Shown here: positions 60,901 through 64,000 of the stretch, piece after piece
Layout of the letters: every line of letters starts with the position of its first letter
Numbering within the stretch: the stretch's first letter is position 1
Assembly (NCBI RefSeq): GCF_009914755.1
Contig: NC_060930.1
Reading direction: 5' to 3' (one strand)
Length of the DNA: 64,000 bases
Source of the DNA: the human T2T-CHM13v2.0 reference genome, Homo sapiens
Translations under genes and position numbers: made by a program
Notes under the pieces: model-generated
Told to the model about the DNA's origin: nothing
The model's input: only the letters and a program-made list of their open reading frames with translations
The model's database searches: none

Positions 60901-62259
60901 AGAACGATATTACTTTCAATATTGCAGGAGATGTAAACACCTTTTGTGATATTGTTCCTAATATCCAGGATATTACTTTCAATATTGCACTGGATGTACA
61001 ACCCCCCTTGATATTTTTCCTAATATCCATGGGGAGAAAGGATGATATTATTCCAAATATTGCAGGGGCTGTAACTCCCCACCCCCCTGTTATATTGTTT
61101 CTAATATCCAGCAGGGTAGCAACTGATATTACTCCCAATATCACAGAAGATGTATGCCCTCCCTGTGATCTTGTTTCTAATATCCAGGGGGAAGAGGATG
61201 ATATTATTTTCAATATCACAGGAGGTGTAATCCTTTTCTGTGATATTGTTTCTATAATCAAGGAAAGAGAGGATAATATTACTCCCAATATCACAGGGAA
61301 TGTACAACCCCCTCTGATATTGTTTTTAATATCCAAAGGGAAAGAGCATGATATTACTTCCAATATCGCAAGGGGTGTACATCCCCCCTGTTATATTGTT
61401 CCTAATATACATGTGGGGAGAGGATAATATTACTCCCAGTATCACAGGGGATTTACATTTCCCTGTGATATTGTTTCTAACATTCAGGGAGGGAGAGGAT
61501 GATATTAATCTTAATATCACAAGGGGTGTTCACACCTCTGTGATATTGTTCCTAATACCTGGTGGTGGGAAGGTAAATATTACTTGGAATATTTCAGGGA
61601 GTGTACACACCCCTTATGGTATGGTTCCTAATATACTGGGGAGAAGAGGATGATATTACTCCAAATGTCGCAGGGGGGTGTATACCCCCCTTGTGATATT
61701 GTTTTTAATATTTAGGGGAGGAAAGAATAATATTACTCCCAATATTGCAGGGTGTGTACAACCCCCTTTGATATTGTTCCTAATATTTAGGGAGGGAGAC
61801 GATATTACTGTCAATATCGCAACGGGTTTACACCCCGCCGTGATATTGTTCCTAACATCCAGGGAGGGAGAGGATGATATTACTCACAATGTACACCCTC
61901 CCATGATATTGTTTTTAATATCCCAGGGGAGGGCGGTGATATTATTCCCAGTAGAGCAGGAGTTGTACACCTTTTGTGTAATATTTTTCTAATATCATAG
62001 GGGAAGAGAGGATGATATTATTCCCAACATCACAAGGGGTGTACACCCACCCTGTGATATTGTTTTTAATATTGAGAAGAAAAGAGAATGACATTACTCC
62101 CAATATCGCATGGGTTGAAGACCCCCTCTGTGATATTTTTTCTAATATTCAGAGGGTGAGAGGATGATGTTACAGCCAATATCGCAGGGGTTGTACAAAC
62201 TCCTGTGTTATTGATTCTTATATCCATGGGGAGACAGGATGATATTACACCCAATATCG

Positions 62260-64000
62260 CGATTTTGGGAGTAATATCATCCTTTCCTCTCCTGGATATT
62301 AGTAACAATATTATGGGGGGGTGTACACCTTTTGCAATATTGGGATAAATATCATTCAATCCACCCCTGGATATTACAAACAATGTCACAAGAAGGGGTG
62401 TATACCCCCTGCAATATCGGGTGTAATTTAATCCTCTCGCACCCTGGTTGTTAGAAACAATATCACAAGGGGGTTTACACGCTTGTAATATTGGAAGCAA
62501 CATCATACTTTCTTCGACGGGATATTAGAAACAATCTCACTGGGGCACTGCATACCGCCTGCGATATTGGGAGTAATATAATCTCCCCACCTTGATATTA
62601 GAAACAATATCACAGGGAGCATGTAAACCCTCTGTGATATTGACAGTAATGTCATCCTTTCCCTCAATCTATATTAGGAACAATATCACAGAAGGGATGT
62701 ACACCTTCTGTGATATTGAGGGTATTATCATCCTCTTCTCTCCTGGATTTTGGGAACACTATCACGTGGTGGGTCTACACCCCTGAAATATTAGGAGCAA
62801 TATCATCCTCTCTTCCACTAGATATTAGGAACAATATCACGTGGGCGGGGTCATGTACAATGCCTGCGATATTGGGAATAATATCATTCTCTCTTTCCCT
62901 GGATATTAGGAACAACAACGGGGGGGGGCGGGGTGAATACACATCTCCTGTGATATTTGAAATAACATCATTCTCTCATCCTTTGGATATTAGGAACAAT
63001 ATCACAAGAAGATTGTACACCCTTTGCGATATTGAAAGTAATATAACCCTCTCCTCCTGCATATTATAAACAATATTACGGGGGGTGTACACCCCTTGCC
63101 ATATTGATGGTAATATTATCTTCTCCCCCTCTGGATATTTAAGACAATATCAAAGCGAAAGTGTACACCTTTGCGTTATTTGGAGTAATATCTTTTTCCC
63201 TCCCTGGAAATTAGGAACAATATCCCAGATGGGGTGTACACTCCCTGCGATATTGAGAGTAATATTACTCTCTCCTCTCCTGGATACTAGGAACAATTTC
63301 AAAGAGGGGGTGTACAACACCTGGGATATTGGGACTAATATCATCTTCCCCTCCCCCTAATTAATAGGAACAGTATCACAGGGACGGTGTACACCCCTGC
63401 AATGTTGGGAGTTGTATCATCCTCTTCTCCCGCTGTGTATTAGAAACAATATCACAGAGGAAGTGTACACCCCCTGCAATCCTGGAAGTAATATCATCCT
63501 CTCCCCACTTTAATCTTAGGAAAAAATATCACTAGGAAAGTGTACAAAACTACAATTTTGAAAGTAATATAATCCTCTTCCTCCCTTCATATTAGAAACA
63601 ATATCACAGGGCAGGGTGTAAACTCTCTGAGATACTGGAAGTAATATTATTTTCTCCCCCAGTGTATATTAGGAAGAATATCACAGGGGGTGTGTACACC
63701 CCTTGCGATATTGCAAGTAATATCATCCTCTCCCAACCTGGATATTAAAAACAACATCACAGGGCTGTGTACATGCCCTGCGATATTGGGAGTAATATCA
63801 TCCTCTCCTCTCCTGGATATTAGAAACAATTTCAAAGGAGGAGTGTACACTCCCTGCGCTATTGAGATTAATATCATTTTCTCTCTCCCTGATATTAGAA
63901 ACAATATCACAGGGAAGGTGTACAGCCGTTACGATATTGGGAGTAATATTTTCCTCCCCCCTCTGGATATTAGAAACAATATCACAGGGATGTGTGCACC
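62260..64000 (-). repeat. SATR1-type satellite in reverse orientation (runs off the window end)
   Basis: Monomers read GGATATTAGGAACAATATCACAGGGG..TGTACACCCCTGCGATATTGGGAGTAATATCATCCTCTCC. Confidence 0.93.

Larger units (their letters stand above)
47113..62259 (+). repeat. SATR1/SATR2-type satellite, ~74-77 bp diverged monomers, forward orientation
   Basis: Consensus GGATGATATTACTCCCAATATCGCAGGGGGTGTACACCCCCTGTGATATTGTTCCTAATATCCAGGGGGGAGA repeated about 200 times. Confidence 0.93.

Noticed and set aside
47113-64000. Dozens of overlapping ORFs (up to 303 aa) with repeating VILFLISRG/DITPNIAGGVHP motifs
   Set aside because: Translations of the satellite in all frames on both strands; constant indels show no frame conservation
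47113-64000. CRISPR-like or integron-like array (regularly spaced palindromes)
   Set aside because: Intervening sequences are homologous to each other rather than unique spacers; primate context; no cas or integrase genes
62260-64000. Recent perfect inverted duplication of 60.5-62.26 kb
   Set aside because: Mirror-position monomers differ as much as unrelated monomers beyond the central ~25 bp

Overview
Primate (probably hominoid) genomic DNA, AT-rich and dominated by repeats; no intact host protein-coding gene can be supported. Bases 1-47.1 kb hold interspersed repeats: two AluS with TSDs, MIR/L2/L3 relics, several solo LTRs (MER34-, MLT2-, MST-, LTR47-, MER76-like), MER45A and MER5 DNA transposons, a 5'-truncated L1PA4-like element (+), and a four-level nest (HAL1-like > L1MB > L1PA15/16 > full-length L1PA3/4, -). 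There is one candidate + strand terminal exon at about 13.08-13.5 kb. From about 47.1 kb to the window end is a SATR1/SATR2-type satellite of ~75-bp monomers. Each monomer carries a 34-bp palindrome, and the array has sequence-variant domains, an embedded Alu, and a spacer-less orientation switch at 62259/62260. I found no convincing new gene system. The most interesting signals are structural: the palindromic satellite and its fold-back junction, rare variants shared by two inverted L1 copies, and several DNA-repair or template-switch scars. Subfamily names come from recalled consensus sequences and need RepeatMasker/Dfam confirmation.
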